A stretch of 64,000 nucleotides of DNA. Source: Diplonema japonicum (taxonomy: Eukaryota > Protista > Euglenozoa: Diplonemea). The notes below the pieces were generated by a model. The model ran no database searches and was not told the DNA's origin. It saw only the letters and a list, made by a program, of their open reading frames with translations. This document shows, piece after piece, positions 10,909 to 22,463 of this stretch. How positions within the stretch are numbered: position 1 is the first letter of the stretch; the number at the start of each line of letters is the position of its first letter. The translations under genes and the position numbers were made by a program. The stretch lies in assembly GCA_964019335.1 (NCBI GenBank), contig OZ025754.1, positions 186,001 to 250,000 of the forward strand. The letters are read 5' to 3'.

Positions 10909-12429
10909 TCACACGATCAGTTTCACAAGCTCCTTTTTGTTGACCTTCCCCAACGTGTTCCTCGGGATGTTGTCCATCCCCACGTACCGTCTGGGCCTCT
11001 TGTAGGGCGCAAGGTGTCCCGCACAGTGTTCCCGCACCTCGTCAAAGGCCACGTTCTTCGGGGAAACGACGGCCGTGACGATCTCCCCAAAGGTGGGGTC
11101 GGGAACACCGACGACAGCAGCCTCACGGAGGGAAGGGTGCCGGAGAAGGACGGATTCAATCTCTAAGGCGGAGAGCTTGTACCCGGCAGATTTGAGGATG
11201 TCAGTAGAGATGCGTCCAAGTATCGTGTACTGGCCGTGCGCGTCGACACCAGCAAGGTCGCCTGTCTTGAAGTAACCGTCTGCGGTGAACGCTTTCTGCG
11301 TTTCTTCTGGGTTTTCAAAATATTCTTTAAACACGGAGTCGGACTTCACCAACACCTCCCCTACAGAAAGGTACCCCTCCACCCGTTCCCCGTCGCTCTC
11401 GCCAACCTTTACGTCGACACCTTGCAACGCTTCCCCCACCGTTCCCACCTCCCTCCCCCCTGTGTATGACTGTGACAAGATCATCCCCGTCTCTGTCATC
11501 CCGTACCTTTCAAGCAACCGTTGCCCGGTGATGTGTTCCCAGTGGGTTTTCAACGGAGATGGGAGGGACATGGAACCAGACACCATTAACCTGTAAGACG
11601 CTCCAGAGGATGTCCAATCAAGGCCGTGTTCTTCCCGATGTGCCGCGAGACGAGCGTATACAGTAGGGACAGCCATGAAGACAGAAGGCAGAGGGGTGGT
11701 GTCGAAAAGAAGTGGAGCGAGCTTTGTAGGACACGCCGGGGAGAACACGCACGATGCTGCTGTGGAAACGGAACAAAGTAAAATGTTGGCCAAACCGTGG
11801 AGGTGGTGCAGCGGGAGGCAGTTCACAATTACATCTTCCACACACCAACCCCACGACTTCACCAGAATGCTTGTCATTGAAAGAACAGATTTTTGAGTGT
11901 GAACAACTCCTTTAGGGTTACCTGTCGTCCCCGACGTGTAAACCATTAAAGCAGGGTTTTCGGGGTCAGATCTTGAGGTAGTGTGTGGTGTTGCTGGACA
12001 TTTCACAGGGGAGTCCAGGTTGTACACGGTGATCTTTCCTTGTTGAGCCGAGGAGATAGCTTCTGCTCTTTCTAGGTTCTGGTGGTCTGTGAGTATTTTC
12101 AACGCCCTGCTGTGTTTTGCGTAATACAGCATTTCTTCGATGGTGTGCGATGTGCATAGTGGGACACAGCAGCCTCCCCCGTGCCAGATGCCCCAGAGCC
12201 CGGTGAGGAATTCGCCCCCCGGGTTTGAAAGTAATAGTACTGTTTCGCCCTGTTCTACCGAGCCTGCGATTGCTTCACCTGCTTCACCTAGTTGGCTGAA
12301 AGTCCACTGTTTGCCGTCAAGGTCCACGACCGCTGTTTTTGTCGGGTAATTTACCTGTGACGCCTTCAGCTTTTCTACCATCGTCGTCACCCATCTTCTG
12401 GTGAAAAATTGTGTTTTGCTCGCTAGCAT
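10909..12429 (-). CDS. ACSF3: Malonyl-CoA synthetase-like acyl-CoA ligase (ACSF3/MatB family), probably mitochondrial
   Basis: AMP-binding motif YTSGTTGNPKG, ERYGMTE signature typical of ACSF3/MatB, KTGD, and basic N-terminus MLASKTQFFTRRW. Confidence 0.85.
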   Translation of the reverse strand: MLASKTQFFTRRWVTTMVEKLKASQVNYPTKTAVVDLDGKQWTFSQLGEAGEAIAGSVEQGETVLLLSNPGGEFLTGLWGIWHGGGCCVPLCTSHTIEEMLYYAKHSRALKILTDHQNLERAEAISSAQQGKITVYNLDSPVKCPATPHTTSRSDPENPALMVYTSGTTGNPKGVVHTQKSVLSMTSILVKSWGWCVEDVIVNCLPLHHLHGLANILLCSVSTAASCVFSPACPTKLAPLLFDTTPLPSVFMAVPTVYARLAAHREEHGLDWTSSGASYRLMVSGSMSLPSPLKTHWEHITGQRLLERYGMTETGMILSQSYTGGREVGTVGEALQGVDVKVGESDGERVEGYLSVGEVLVKSDSVFKEYFENPEETQKAFTADGYFKTGDLAGVDAHGQYTILGRISTDILKSAGYKLSALEIESVLLRHPSLREAAVVGVPDPTFGEIVTAVVSPKNVAFDEVREHCAGHLAPYKRPRRYVGMDNIPRNTLGKVNKKELVKLIV

Positions 12430-13091
12430 TTTTTTTTTCCCCCCCTTTGTTTGTGATTTGAAGGGGGCAACTACACATTTAAAAAAAAAATAGGGGGGGG
12501 AGGGAATTGTATATATTCCCTCGGTAGATACCACCTTATTTTTTTTTGGTCTTTTTTTTTTTTTTTTTCAGCTCCCCCCGATTTTTTTTTGGTATCTCAA
12601 AGTGTTATATTATCACCCTATCCGGGGGGGCAATAAAAAAAAACAAGCGGCTTCTCTGGCAAGGAGTATCCTCCATAAATTGAGAGGGGGGGGGGGGGGG
12701 GGGAGAAAGAAAAATACACCATAACGTAAAAAAAAACCCCCCCCCAACTCCACACATCCCGAGCGGATACTGGTCCTAAAAACTGCATCGGTAGAGAAAA
12801 CTGAAAAAAGAACTTTTTTTTTTGAACACCGGCCACCTCACCAATTAACGGCCAATAGCCAGGTCTGGTCCCAAGTATTTGATATTTGCAGAAATTAACT
12901 GCACACCATGAGAGCAGTGAAATGACGAAAGGGGGGGGTGGGGGGGGGGGGGGGGGAGTGAGTGTAATAAAACGACTTACTTAACCCCTACGGGCACTTT
13001 CTTTTTTAAAGATCACTCCTACTACACTTCGCGTCTTTCACCCCCCCCCCCCCCGTTTAGTGCGGAGGAAACCACATGGCTACATGCAGTG

Positions 13092-13124
<33 letters not shown>

Positions 13125-13331
13125 CTGAAATGTCCTCTTCTTTTTCTTCTTGCTTCCCTGCATTTTTTGTTCATTTCTAAGGGGAAGGGAGGGGAGGGCG
13201 AAGATTCACGGACGAAGGGAAAAAAAAAAAAAAAAAAAAGCTACAATAGTAGGGGGAAAAAAAAGGGGGGGGGTAAACTCACGAAGACAGTTTTTTTTTT
13301 TCTTCCTTTTTTTTTTTTTTTTTTTTTTTCT

Positions 13332-14900
13332 TTACTGCAATTCAACGACGTGTCTGCTCTTCAGATAAGCAGCAGCCTTCAATAAAACCGCGTATCTCTT
13401 CTTGTAAACATCGCTCTTGGCATCAGGATCTGAGTTGCTCTGAGGCGAGTTCAGATCCTCAGGTGTAATGCCCCGAGTTAAGTTAGCCACCTCAGGAGTG
13501 CACCAACCATCAAGGGGGATCGTGAGGCTCATGGGGTAAGCAGGGGGGACCGCATCATATTTCCCAACCGGAAATTTGATTTCAGGAGCGGTGTTTGCAG
13601 CGCAACCCTGCAGGAGCGCAAGCACAAAGGACATTATTCGGTTCCCCCAGTAGAGCTTCATCCCAAGATCGGCGCAAAAATGGTTGATGAGGCACCGCCA
13701 TCGAGGGACTGCACCAAGACAAGCTCCGGGTTGTTTCTCCGCAATAAACCAGTTCGGCTGATGATACAGGTCTTTGTCAGGAAGGACCTGAACGGAATTG
13801 AACTGTCCTAATCGTTCCTCATTGAGCATTGCCATCATTCTGTCTTGTTCCCATGGCCAATCTGTTCTAAACTTGAATTTTAACGGGTTTTTTGCGTAAT
13901 CCCCCAGACTCGTGTTCCACCAAAAGTCGACAACGTTCCGTCCTTTCTCGGAGTTTCCAACTAGAACAACACCTGTGTTCACACAATGCCTGTACTTCTG
14001 CCCTGATTCGTTGGATTTTTTCATGACGTGGTGGCACCACCACCCTGGTTGCTCGAGGTTGGCCACCAACGGTCTCTGTTCCAAAGGGTATCCCTTCCGC
14101 TCCAACGTTGTCCCGACCCATTTTGCAAGGTCGATGTTGAAATCCTCAAATCTTACGATCGCATCGGTGTCGAGGGAAAGCAGAAACGGGGCGTTTGGAT
14201 AGCTTGCCATTGCGGTTTTCATCGACTTGACCTTGCACCACACAGGATGCAGGAGGCATCCGTTAGGACCAACGCACGACGATGTGCATTTGAAAGCCTT
14301 CCCGTGTCTGCACCAGCTCCCGCCTTCACACCCAACAGGGAGCGTTTTATCAGTGCTTACCTTAGGCTCTTCTGCAGGTGATGTATAATACACAAAACGC
14401 AAATTATTAGCGGCGGCGAATAAAGCAGTGTACACAAAAGCCGACGTTGCATAAGGAGGTGTGTCGGGATTGTCGGGGAGAAGGCTCATATAATTAACAA
14501 TGATGGGCTTTCCCTGTGGTGGTGGTGGTGGTGTCGATGTGTCGGTCATGATCTCCTCCTTCTCTGTCTCGTTACCCGTGGAGGGAGAAGGAAGTGCCGT
14601 CGATGTCTCATTATCCAGCTCATTCACCGTTTCGTTGTCACCGTGAACGACGGAAGGAGGAACTGTATACGACTCATTCACTACAGGTACTCTGTTAACA
14701 TGTGTGGTGGAAGGAGAAGGAGAAGGAGAAGGAGAAGAAGGAGAAGCTGGAGGGGTTGTGTGTTCGCTCTGCTCGTCGAACCGCGGGCGTCTCGCCCGGC
14801 TGTTGCTGTATTTTCTCTTCTGAAAATGGTTTGTTATAAAGACCCCTAGAATAGTTACCACCACTACAATCAGAAGCTTTGCGTTGGGAGAAACTGACAT
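13332..14900 (-). CDS. Type II membrane glycosyltransferase, GT34 (MNN10/GMA12)-like
   Basis: N-terminal TM helix (LLIVVVVTILGVFI), Pro/Ser/Thr stem, and motifs HPVWCKV, DxD (LDTDA), VNTGV and WPWEQD. Confidence 0.7.
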   Translation of the reverse strand: MSVSPNAKLLIVVVVTILGVFITNHFQKRKYSNSRARRPRFDEQSEHTTPPASPSSPSPSPSPSTTHVNRVPVVNESYTVPPSVVHGDNETVNELDNETSTALPSPSTGNETEKEEIMTDTSTPPPPPQGKPIIVNYMSLLPDNPDTPPYATSAFVYTALFAAANNLRFVYYTSPAEEPKVSTDKTLPVGCEGGSWCRHGKAFKCTSSCVGPNGCLLHPVWCKVKSMKTAMASYPNAPFLLSLDTDAIVRFEDFNIDLAKWVGTTLERKGYPLEQRPLVANLEQPGWWCHHVMKKSNESGQKYRHCVNTGVVLVGNSEKGRNVVDFWWNTSLGDYAKNPLKFKFRTDWPWEQDRMMAMLNEERLGQFNSVQVLPDKDLYHQPNWFIAEKQPGACLGAVPRWRCLINHFCADLGMKLYWGNRIMSFVLALLQGCAANTAPEIKFPVGKYDAVPPAYPMSLTIPLDGWCTPEVANLTRGITPEDLNSPQSNSDPDAKSDVYKKRYAVLLKAAAYLKSRHVVELQ

Positions 14901-15123
14901 ATATATGTGGGGTGGGGGGTTGGGGGGGGGGGGACCCTGTTTTTTTGTTTCAGAAGAATTAAACAATAGAATTCTGGGGGGGGGGGGAGGGGTATAAAAG
15001 GACCATTCCTGATAAGGAAGCGGGGGGGGGGGGGGGGAGATTTTATTTACTAATGTACACGTAAAAAGTAGCAGGCTGTAGTGTTTTTTTTTTCTTTTTT
15101 TTTTTTGCCTATGTGGTGCGATT

Positions 15124-15291
15124 TTATTTCGTATCTTCGGTGGGTGCCTCGTTCTCGTTGCCTTCCGACAGCTTTTTCATCATTGCAAGCCGCTCTGCCC
15201 TCTTGCGTGCACCTGCTCCCGGGCTGGCGGGACTCACGGGAGGCTGATCTTCAGTCTGACCGCCTGAAATAGCCAGAGAATTCGGAGCCAT
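15124..15291 (-). CDS. Putative 55-aa small protein (below the ORF-track cutoff)
   Basis: The ATG-TAA frame MAPNSLAISGGQTEDQPPVSPASPGAGARKRAERLAMMKKLSEGNENEAPTEDTK fills a complex-sequence island almost exactly; cluster strand; AAA before ATG. Confidence 0.5.
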   Translation of the reverse strand: MAPNSLAISGGQTEDQPPVSPASPGAGARKRAERLAMMKKLSEGNENEAPTEDTK

Positions 15292-15614
15292 TTTCTCTTT
15301 TTATCCTTTATTTCCTAAGCAAAGGTTCACTGGAAGAGAGGGAAAAAAAAAGAAACAAATATAAACAATAAAAAAAAATAAGAACCCTTCAATAAGGATC
15401 TAAGGGAAAAAAAAAGGGAAAAAAAAAAAAAAAAAAAAAACGGGGGAAGGGAGAGGGAGGAAGATAAAGATGGTTTTTTTTTTTTTTTTTTTTTTTTTTT
15501 CAAATAAATTTTTCTTCATCCAGTGTCCAATCTCATATCCAACAAACCATTTTTTTTTTTTTTTTTTTTTTATTTAACACCCACCCTCCCCTCCCTCCTA
15601 AAAGCTTTTCTATA

Positions 15615-16325
15615 TCACCCAACATGAGCATGCCCCAAATGGGTTTTGTTGTACTCCGCATCATCCGTTGGGAGCTCGTGCCTGCACGTGGGGCAGCTGT
15701 TCCGCGCTTCAAGCCACGGTGTGATGCAGTCCTTGTGAAACAAATGTTCGCAGGGCAGCTCAGTACCTGTTTCACCAGACACAAAACTGTCTTGGCAAAC
15801 AGGGCACACCGCTTCATGATGCTCTTCTGTAGTAACCACCGACGGCAGGTTGCGAAGAACCTCTGCAGAGGTAGGTGGGGAAGGGGGTGCCTCATCCAAT
15901 AACGATTCAAGTATTGTGTCTAAAGAAGGCAGAGCCGCCGAGAAGACCAACCGAAACAGCGGGGGAGGGGCAGGGACAACCGCCCGGAACTGTCTCACCC
16001 TGCTCAAGGCTTCCCTGTCAGGAACGATTTCTACCCATGACCCTTTACATCGAGGGCAGCATAACTCCTTATTCTCATCAGGTGTCATGCTTTTGACATT
16101 TCTACACATGTAGCACCAGGCCCAGACTGACCTCGGGATGAGTAGGTTGCCCCGTCGGTACGCGCTTCTGCCCATTCCTTCGATTTCCACTATAACCCTC
16201 TCTCCTTGCATCCCCATAACTCTCCCGTGCCTTCCGTTAAGAGCCCTGTTTGAATTCAGATTCCGCAGCTCGACCACTGTCCCCAGCGCTATCATCGTGC
16301 TGGAGCTTGAGCGACCCAAGCTCAT
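15615..16325 (-). CDS. RING-H2 E3 ubiquitin ligase, RNF115/RNF126-like (Zn ribbon + RING), paralog 1
   Basis: WCYMC...CPRCKGSWVE Zn ribbon; RING-H2 CPVCQD...LPCEHLFHKDCITPWL...CPTCR; ATG after a poly-A run. Confidence 0.88.
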   Translation of the reverse strand: MSLGRSSSSTMIALGTVVELRNLNSNRALNGRHGRVMGMQGERVIVEIEGMGRSAYRRGNLLIPRSVWAWCYMCRNVKSMTPDENKELCCPRCKGSWVEIVPDREALSRVRQFRAVVPAPPPLFRLVFSAALPSLDTILESLLDEAPPSPPTSAEVLRNLPSVVTTEEHHEAVCPVCQDSFVSGETGTELPCEHLFHKDCITPWLEARNSCPTCRHELPTDDAEYNKTHLGHAHVG

Positions 16326-16482
16326 TTTTTTTTTTTTTTTTTTTCGTAAGCTCCTTTTTTTTTTGATTTTTTGATTTTTGTCATATTTTTTATAAAAAGG
16401 GGAAGGGGGGTGAAAGAAGGCAAGAAGTAATGGAGCAGGGGAAGGGAGGGGAAAAAAAAGGGGTGAAATTACACGTGTGCAC

Positions 16483-16521
<39 letters not shown>

Positions 16522-16695
16522 GAAAGAAAGATAAAAAAATACAAAGAAAAAAAACTATGATATTTCTTCTTCTTTTTTTTTCCTTTCCATTCCCCCCCTT
16601 AAAAAAAACACTTTTTTTTGATCAATCTTTTCGTTTCTTTTTTTTTTTTTTTTATGGAACAAGTTTTCTTTTTTTTTTTTTTTTTTTTTAATTCA

Positions 16696-17554
16696 TCAAA
16701 AAAAATCCACCGGTTTGATAATGGGAACCGATCGCATCTCCGAGTGCATCTCGGCATTGGGATCCTGATGCTGCTCCGCACCTTCATCGACAGGCTGTAA
16801 AAAAAAAAAAAAAAAAAAAAAAAAATTCCCCCCTCCTCTTTTTTTTCAAACACACCTCCTGCGCCCTATAGTACACGACAGTACTGTATTTATCAACATG
16901 CCTAAAAGTACCTCCCACTACATTGTACCCCTCCCTGCCCTGGAAATACATATGGTTGATAGTAACGTGGTACGGGATGGGAAGCTCGAGCTCCTGGGTG
17001 GGCCTGACATCGGCATTCGTAGTAAGTGGCGTGAACCTCAAGTGAGGTGGGAACAACGGTGGAAGCTTCCGCGTCTCCTCGAACACCCACTGTGTCTGCG
17101 AATAACATTCTTTTTCCGCGGCAGATGCCGTAGCATAAGTCTTTGTGTCGGTATTCGTCTCGGTCGGTGTATCATCATCATCATCACTTTGAATAGCTGT
17201 AATGGAATCAACCACCGAGAGGTAATTAAATTCTCCTTTAACATGTGCTAAGGTCGGTTTTGTGGAATCCACCACACCTTTCCTACCATCCACGAAAAAT
17301 CGATAAGCGTGGTGTCCCGGCTGCAGGTACACCAAGGCCATCCACTCGCTGGAGGATTTCCTCAGTTTAACAGGATTCTTGCTCCAGTTAGTGAAGGTTC
17401 CCTCCACCATGACATCTAAGGCGTTGTAGTTTTCAGGTGCTGCCCACCTGATTACTGTGGCAACACCGCTGCCTTTTCCGCAGGTTGCCTGTACAGCTCG
17501 AAGACTGATATTGCTTGGGGTTTCGTCTCCTGGGTCGCTTTCTTTTTGAGGTTG

Positions 17555-17587
<33 letters not shown>

Positions 17588-17755
17588 GTGTGTCTCTGCC
17601 TCTCCTTTAGGAGTGGAAGAGGATGGGGTCGTCTCGGCCTGTTGTTGTTGTTGTTCTTCCTTCTTCGGGGTGTTTTTCGTCGGGGTGTGGTGTGCGACTT
17701 TCACACCCGGGGGCTGGTGGCTTCTCCCTTCCTCTTTGCCTTGGCTTTGCCCCAT
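16696..17755 (-). CDS. AMP-activated protein kinase beta subunit; 2 exons (predicted intron 16795-16855)
   Basis: MGQSQG myristoylation-type start, CBM (VEGTFTNWS...YRFFVDG) and ASC domain (PPLFPPHL...HVTINHMY...KYSTVVYY). Removing a phase-0 GT...(T)nACAG intron replaces the poly-Phe tail with PVDEGAEQ...KPVDFF*. Confidence 0.88.
16795..16855 (-). other. Predicted 61-bp canonical spliceosomal intron
   Basis: The minus strand reads GAG|GTGTGTTTG...poly-T ACAG|CCT, and splicing keeps the frame into a 32-codon terminal exon. Confidence 0.75.
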
Positions 17756-18970
17756 ATGTATTTTTTTTTTTTATTACCCCCTCCTCCCCCTCTTTTTGAA
17801 AAAAAAAGAATTTTTTTTTTGGGTTGGGTTTGAAAAAAAAAAAAAAAAAACAAAAAAAAAAACTATTGTATGGGAAAAAAAAAAAAAAAAGAGACATTTA
17901 ACAAAAAAGAAAATCTAATAAAACCAAGTGAGAGGGAAAACTTTTTTTTTTCTCTTTTTTTTTTTTTAAAAAAAAGAGGAAACCAAAGTAAGAGTTAGAC
18001 ATGGTGGAAAACAGGAAGAAAAAAAAAATAAAACGGGTGGAGGAGGGGGGGGAACGTGTAGGGGAAGCGTAGAAATCCGTTTCTTTCTTTGTCCCCCCCC
18101 CCCCCCCCCAGGGGAAGAGGAAGAAGAAAAAAAAAAAGGGAAAAAAAAAAGAGACATTTAAGGGTACCTGCGGTATGTGGCAGGACGCCTGAAGAGTCTC
18201 AATCTATCTCTTGATCGAACCTTTCTGCTGTGGTGTGGCCTTCGGCCCCTCGTTCACCCTCCTCGGTACCTTAGGTATAAAACCCTCAACCGAGTTGGTT
18301 AGGACACAATAGTTGTACAGTTGTCTCTCAAGGATGTGGAAAAAAACAAAACAATAAATCGAAAAATCAAATCAAAAAAGTTTTTTTTTGAGTTAAGGAA
18401 GTCTTTGCGAGAGTTCCCTGAAGATTAGAAAGTCATACGGAAGGGAAGAAGAAGGGAAAAAAAAAAAAAGGGAATTTGAGTCGTTAAGTCGCTATTCATA
18501 GGCCCCAAGGGAAGGGCATGAATCTCTGTAGAAATCGCCTGACAGTTCCCCCCCCCTATTCTTTAGTAAAGGAAGTACAAGAAGCGAGAAAAAAATACCT
18601 TGCTTTTTTTTTTTTTTTTTTTTGGTTCCCTCTTTCTAAAGAAGAAAGAAAGAAAAAGGGAGTAATACATAGAAGACCAAAAGCCATGTGGCGCAGGGAA
18701 AAAAAAAAAAAAAAAAAAAAGAGATAAAGGAGGTTCCTAGAACGCCCCTCCTTGAAAAAAAAAAAAAGCTAGAAAAAAGAAACCCCACTATAAATAACAG
18801 GGGAAAACTAAAAAAAAACTAAAAAGAAAAAAAAAAAAAAAAAAGGCTAGTGCTCGAGGAGGCGAGAACATAAAAATTTTTCTCTGCGGCTCTATAGCAA
18901 GAAAAAAAAAAAAAAAAAAAAAAAAAACACATTTTTTTTTTCCCCTCTTTTTTTTTTTTTTTTTTTTTTT

Positions 18971-19294
18971 TCACCCAACATGAGCATGCCCCAAATGGGT
19001 TTTGTTGTACTCCGCATCATCCGTTGGGAGCTCGTGCCTGCACGTGGGGCAGCTGTTCTTCGCTTCAAGCCACGGTGTGATGCAGTCCTTGTGAAACAAA
19101 TGCCCGCAGGGCAGCTCAGTACCTGTTTCACCAGACACAAAATTATCCTGGCAAACAGGGCACACCGCTTCATGATGCTCTTCTGTAGTAACCACCGACG
19201 GCAGGTTGCGAAGAACCTCTGCAGAGGTAGGTGGGGGCACCTCCGGTTGATGCTCTCTGTGCAGCATATCTAATATCCGGTCCTCGTCCATCAT

Positions 19295-19327
<33 letters not shown>

Positions 19328-19693
19328 AGGCATTATTCCCATGCCCAAAAAGTCCAACGGGCGGGGGGGTGGGGGGGAGAAGTTTCTTGCAATGTTGAAC
19401 TCGTTTTCGCTTCTGACCCCTTCCACGAAGTTCCCACCGCAGGTTCTGCACTCCAGCTCACCAGTCCACGTCACATTGCTCATCACCCCAGATTTGCACA
19501 CGTGGCACCAGCTTCGTTGCGGTCTCACCAATCTCAGGTTGCCTTCCCGCACCGCCTTCAGGCCTTCTCCCTGCACCTGCACCACGATTCTCTCCCCTTG
19601 AAGACCGGTTATCCGCCCGTGCTTGCCGTTCAGCCCCGTGCTGCTCCCCAGCCCCGTGATTTGAACCACTGTGCCTAGACGGATGGTACTCAT
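18971..19693 (-). CDS. RING-H2 E3 ubiquitin ligase, RNF115/RNF126-like, paralog 2
   Basis: WCHVC...CRTCGGNFVE Zn ribbon; RING-H2 nearly identical to 15615-15880. Confidence 0.88.
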
Positions 19694-20026
19694 TTTTTTT
19701 TTGAAAAAACTAGCAAGAGCCGCTGTATGAATTGTGATCTTAGTGGATAGGGAAAAAAAGGAGGGGGAAGGAGAAAATAAGAAAAAAGAAAGAAAGAAAA
19801 AAAATTCAGATTTTTTTTTTTGTTTGGGTTACTAAAAAAAACAAAAAAAAAGGGGGATTTACTTTTTTTTTTATTTTTTATATAGTTTTTTTACTCGGAC
19901 ATTTTTTTTTTTTTTTTTTTCTTGTTCATTCTTTTTTTTTTTTTTTTTGTCGGTCCGGCAGTATTTTTTTTTTTTTTTTCCTTTTTTTTTTGTGGAGTGT
20001 AAATATATAATAGAACCGAATAGAAG

Positions 20027-20057
<31 letters not shown>

Positions 20058-20121
20058 TTTTTTATTTTTTTATTTTTTTATTTTTTCATATTTTTTTTTT
20101 TTTTTTTTTTTTTCCTCTCTC

Positions 20122-22296
20122 TCACGAACCGCAATCCAAACAAACCCGCACAAGGCTGTGCGTAACGCTTGGAACCGGCATCCGGAGGGGCGAGCACTTC
20201 GCACAGACAAGCTTCCCACACTTCCTGCAATGGTGCCTCCTTGTAAGCAATGTAAACAGATTCGAGCACCTAGTACAGGTATGTGAGGACGAGTCAGGCG
20301 CCCACGCTATGGGCTCGCACCGAGAAGACGCCCGCAGCCTCGTGGCGTACAGCTCCAACTGTTGGTCTTTGAGCTCAACCTGCCGTCTTAAATCTGAAGC
20401 TTCACGCTGAACCCTACATCGATCACGAGCATCTGCCATGGAAGCTGTGAATCCAGACAGCCCAAGCTCCTTACATTTTGTTTCTAGTTCATCAACCCGC
20501 GACACCAACTGCTCCTCCTCTGCAGCCCATTCAGCTGATCTTTCCTCCAGAAGCTTCATATGAGCTGCAACAAGATTTCCATTAGATCCAGCCACGTACT
20601 CGCTACCAGATTCAAACTGTGCTATGAGGTCTTCAATTTTTCGTCGTTCATGGCACCATGCTGCTTCCGCTTCTAGTAACGTTTCGACAGCTTGTTTTAA
20701 TTCGTTTTGCCTCGGGTCTATCGATTGTTTGTTTTTGTGTAACGCTGTTTTTTGAACGGCGATCACCCGTTTGGATTCTTGCAGTTCTTTCTCAAGCTCC
20801 TTCGCTTGCAGCGAGACTTTTAAGAAGTCCTCCATGTCGTTAATCGCCTTGGTTTGAAGCCTTTCCTTTTGCTTCGCCCACATCTGTTCCTTTGTCTCGA
20901 ACTCTTCCCGTTGGGCGGTTTTCAAATCGTTAATCTCCTTGCAGAGTGCTAGCTTTTCTGCTTCCCATGTAGGGTCGCCAGCAGACGATTCTTGTTTTTC
21001 CCGAACATTTTGCTGGAGGGTTTTGATGCTGTCTCCTGTTGTTTCCAAAGTCCGGATTTTTTCCTTGAAACCCTCGACTTTTGTTTTATACGCGTCGTGG
21101 ACGTGTTTGAGTTTATTTCTAGTTGTTATATCAGCTTGATCCGCTTTTTCTTTGTATTGTTGAGCTTGCTCACGGTATATTTCAATCTCTGCTTGCAACG
21201 CCTTTATTATTTTCTGAACAGGATCTTCGTTTACAACCGCTTTTGTAACGATGGATTTTGCACGGTCGGCGTACCGCAGTGTCGAGACAGTTTCATCTAT
21301 TTGCATAAGGCTTGGTGAAATGGTGGATATCATGAATGTTTTGGAATTCCCGCCCAATGCATCTTTTATAAGCCAGGTCAACGTCGAATCACGGTATGGG
21401 ATGTGTTTTGCAGATGTTTTTGTTTGTGTTGAGAGGTCGGCCAAGGAGTTGATGACCAACCCGAGGGTCGTCAAACTTTTATTGATTTGCGAGCCTTCCG
21501 CAAGACGGCTCCCAACAGCACCGGTTGACTTCTGTCGTTCCGAACCAGCAAGGTCCACCATTACAATCTTGCTGACCGTGTTTTGAACCGTCTCTTCATC
21601 TGTGATAACCGTCTTCACAGTGTGTGTCACTTCTATCGTGAACACTGCATGGCTTCTTGACGATACGTCATTCATATTCGTGCTTGCAACATGGCGGAGT
21701 TTATTCCCTTCTTCTATACAAGATGCCACTTCGTCATAAGACATAACCTGAAGAACCGCGAGATTTTCCACGTAAGGCCCGGTTACCGGATGTTCCCTTA
21801 CTTTTAACCTGCCGTTGTAGCTTGGGTCAATCAGGTCGTTCACCTTTTCCATGTATATTTCAAGATATGACACCGTTGCGGTGTAAGTGTGTGAAGGAGC
21901 TGCGAGGGAGTGTTCCGCGGCGGTGGAAAATAGTTTTTTGCAGATTCGGGGGATTAGTCCTTCGTTTCGGTCGTCTGAAGCAACACCCATCATCGTGTAG
22001 GTCTTCCCGCTGCCGGTTTGGCCGTATGCGAAGATGCTTGTGTTGTACCCGTTGAACGAGGATTGCAGTACAGTGTCCCCCACCGCGGTGTAGATTTCGG
22101 ATTGTTCAGCATTTGTGTCGAATACCTTGTCGAAGGTCCAGGTGCCGCAGCGCTCGGAGGCCCATAGGTCCTTGTCCATCTTTACCGTGACGCCGTCTAC
22201 TATGCTTGTCACCTTCTTGTCCTCGGCTGCTTTTTCGTTCTTGTTTTGCGGCCGTACTCTCACCACTACCGTTACTGAATTTCCATCTTTTGGCAT
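20122..22296 (-). CDS. Kinesin (kinesin-3-like motor) with coiled coil and C-terminal FYVE domain
   Basis: Motor motifs GQTGSGKT, SSRSH, DLAGSE, INKSL, HIPYRDS; FYVE motif WAPD..CTRC..F....RRHHCRKCG..VC..C...RVC..C. Confidence 0.93.
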   Translation of the reverse strand: MPKDGNSVTVVVRVRPQNKNEKAAEDKKVTSIVDGVTVKMDKDLWASERCGTWTFDKVFDTNAEQSEIYTAVGDTVLQSSFNGYNTSIFAYGQTGSGKTYTMMGVASDDRNEGLIPRICKKLFSTAAEHSLAAPSHTYTATVSYLEIYMEKVNDLIDPSYNGRLKVREHPVTGPYVENLAVLQVMSYDEVASCIEEGNKLRHVASTNMNDVSSRSHAVFTIEVTHTVKTVITDEETVQNTVSKIVMVDLAGSERQKSTGAVGSRLAEGSQINKSLTTLGLVINSLADLSTQTKTSAKHIPYRDSTLTWLIKDALGGNSKTFMISTISPSLMQIDETVSTLRYADRAKSIVTKAVVNEDPVQKIIKALQAEIEIYREQAQQYKEKADQADITTRNKLKHVHDAYKTKVEGFKEKIRTLETTGDSIKTLQQNVREKQESSAGDPTWEAEKLALCKEINDLKTAQREEFETKEQMWAKQKERLQTKAINDMEDFLKVSLQAKELEKELQESKRVIAVQKTALHKNKQSIDPRQNELKQAVETLLEAEAAWCHERRKIEDLIAQFESGSEYVAGSNGNLVAAHMKLLEERSAEWAAEEEQLVSRVDELETKCKELGLSGFTASMADARDRCRVQREASDLRRQVELKDQQLELYATRLRASSRCEPIAWAPDSSSHTCTRCSNLFTLLTRRHHCRKCGKLVCAKCSPLRMPVPSVTHSLVRVCLDCGS

Positions 22297-22432
22297 TTTT
22301 TTTTTTTTTTTTTTTTTTAATTATCCCCGAACCGATTAAAATACCTGATTTCGTATGTAAATAAATGGAAAAAAAAATAAAATACGGGGGTAAAATGGAG
22401 AGGGAAGGGGGATGAGGGGTCAACTATTTGCT

Positions 22433-22463
<31 letters not shown>

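Noticed and set aside
12829-12870. CCGGCCACCTCA resembling the Ingi/L1Tc 77-nt signature (HDV-like ribozyme)
   Set aside because: Only ~12 nt match, and the required pairing partners are not evident.
18165-18335. Complex island with a protein-like minus-strand frame (ILERQLYNY...KGSIKR*)
   Set aside because: No ATG or convincing splice acceptor was found; I cannot distinguish exon, ncRNA or relic.
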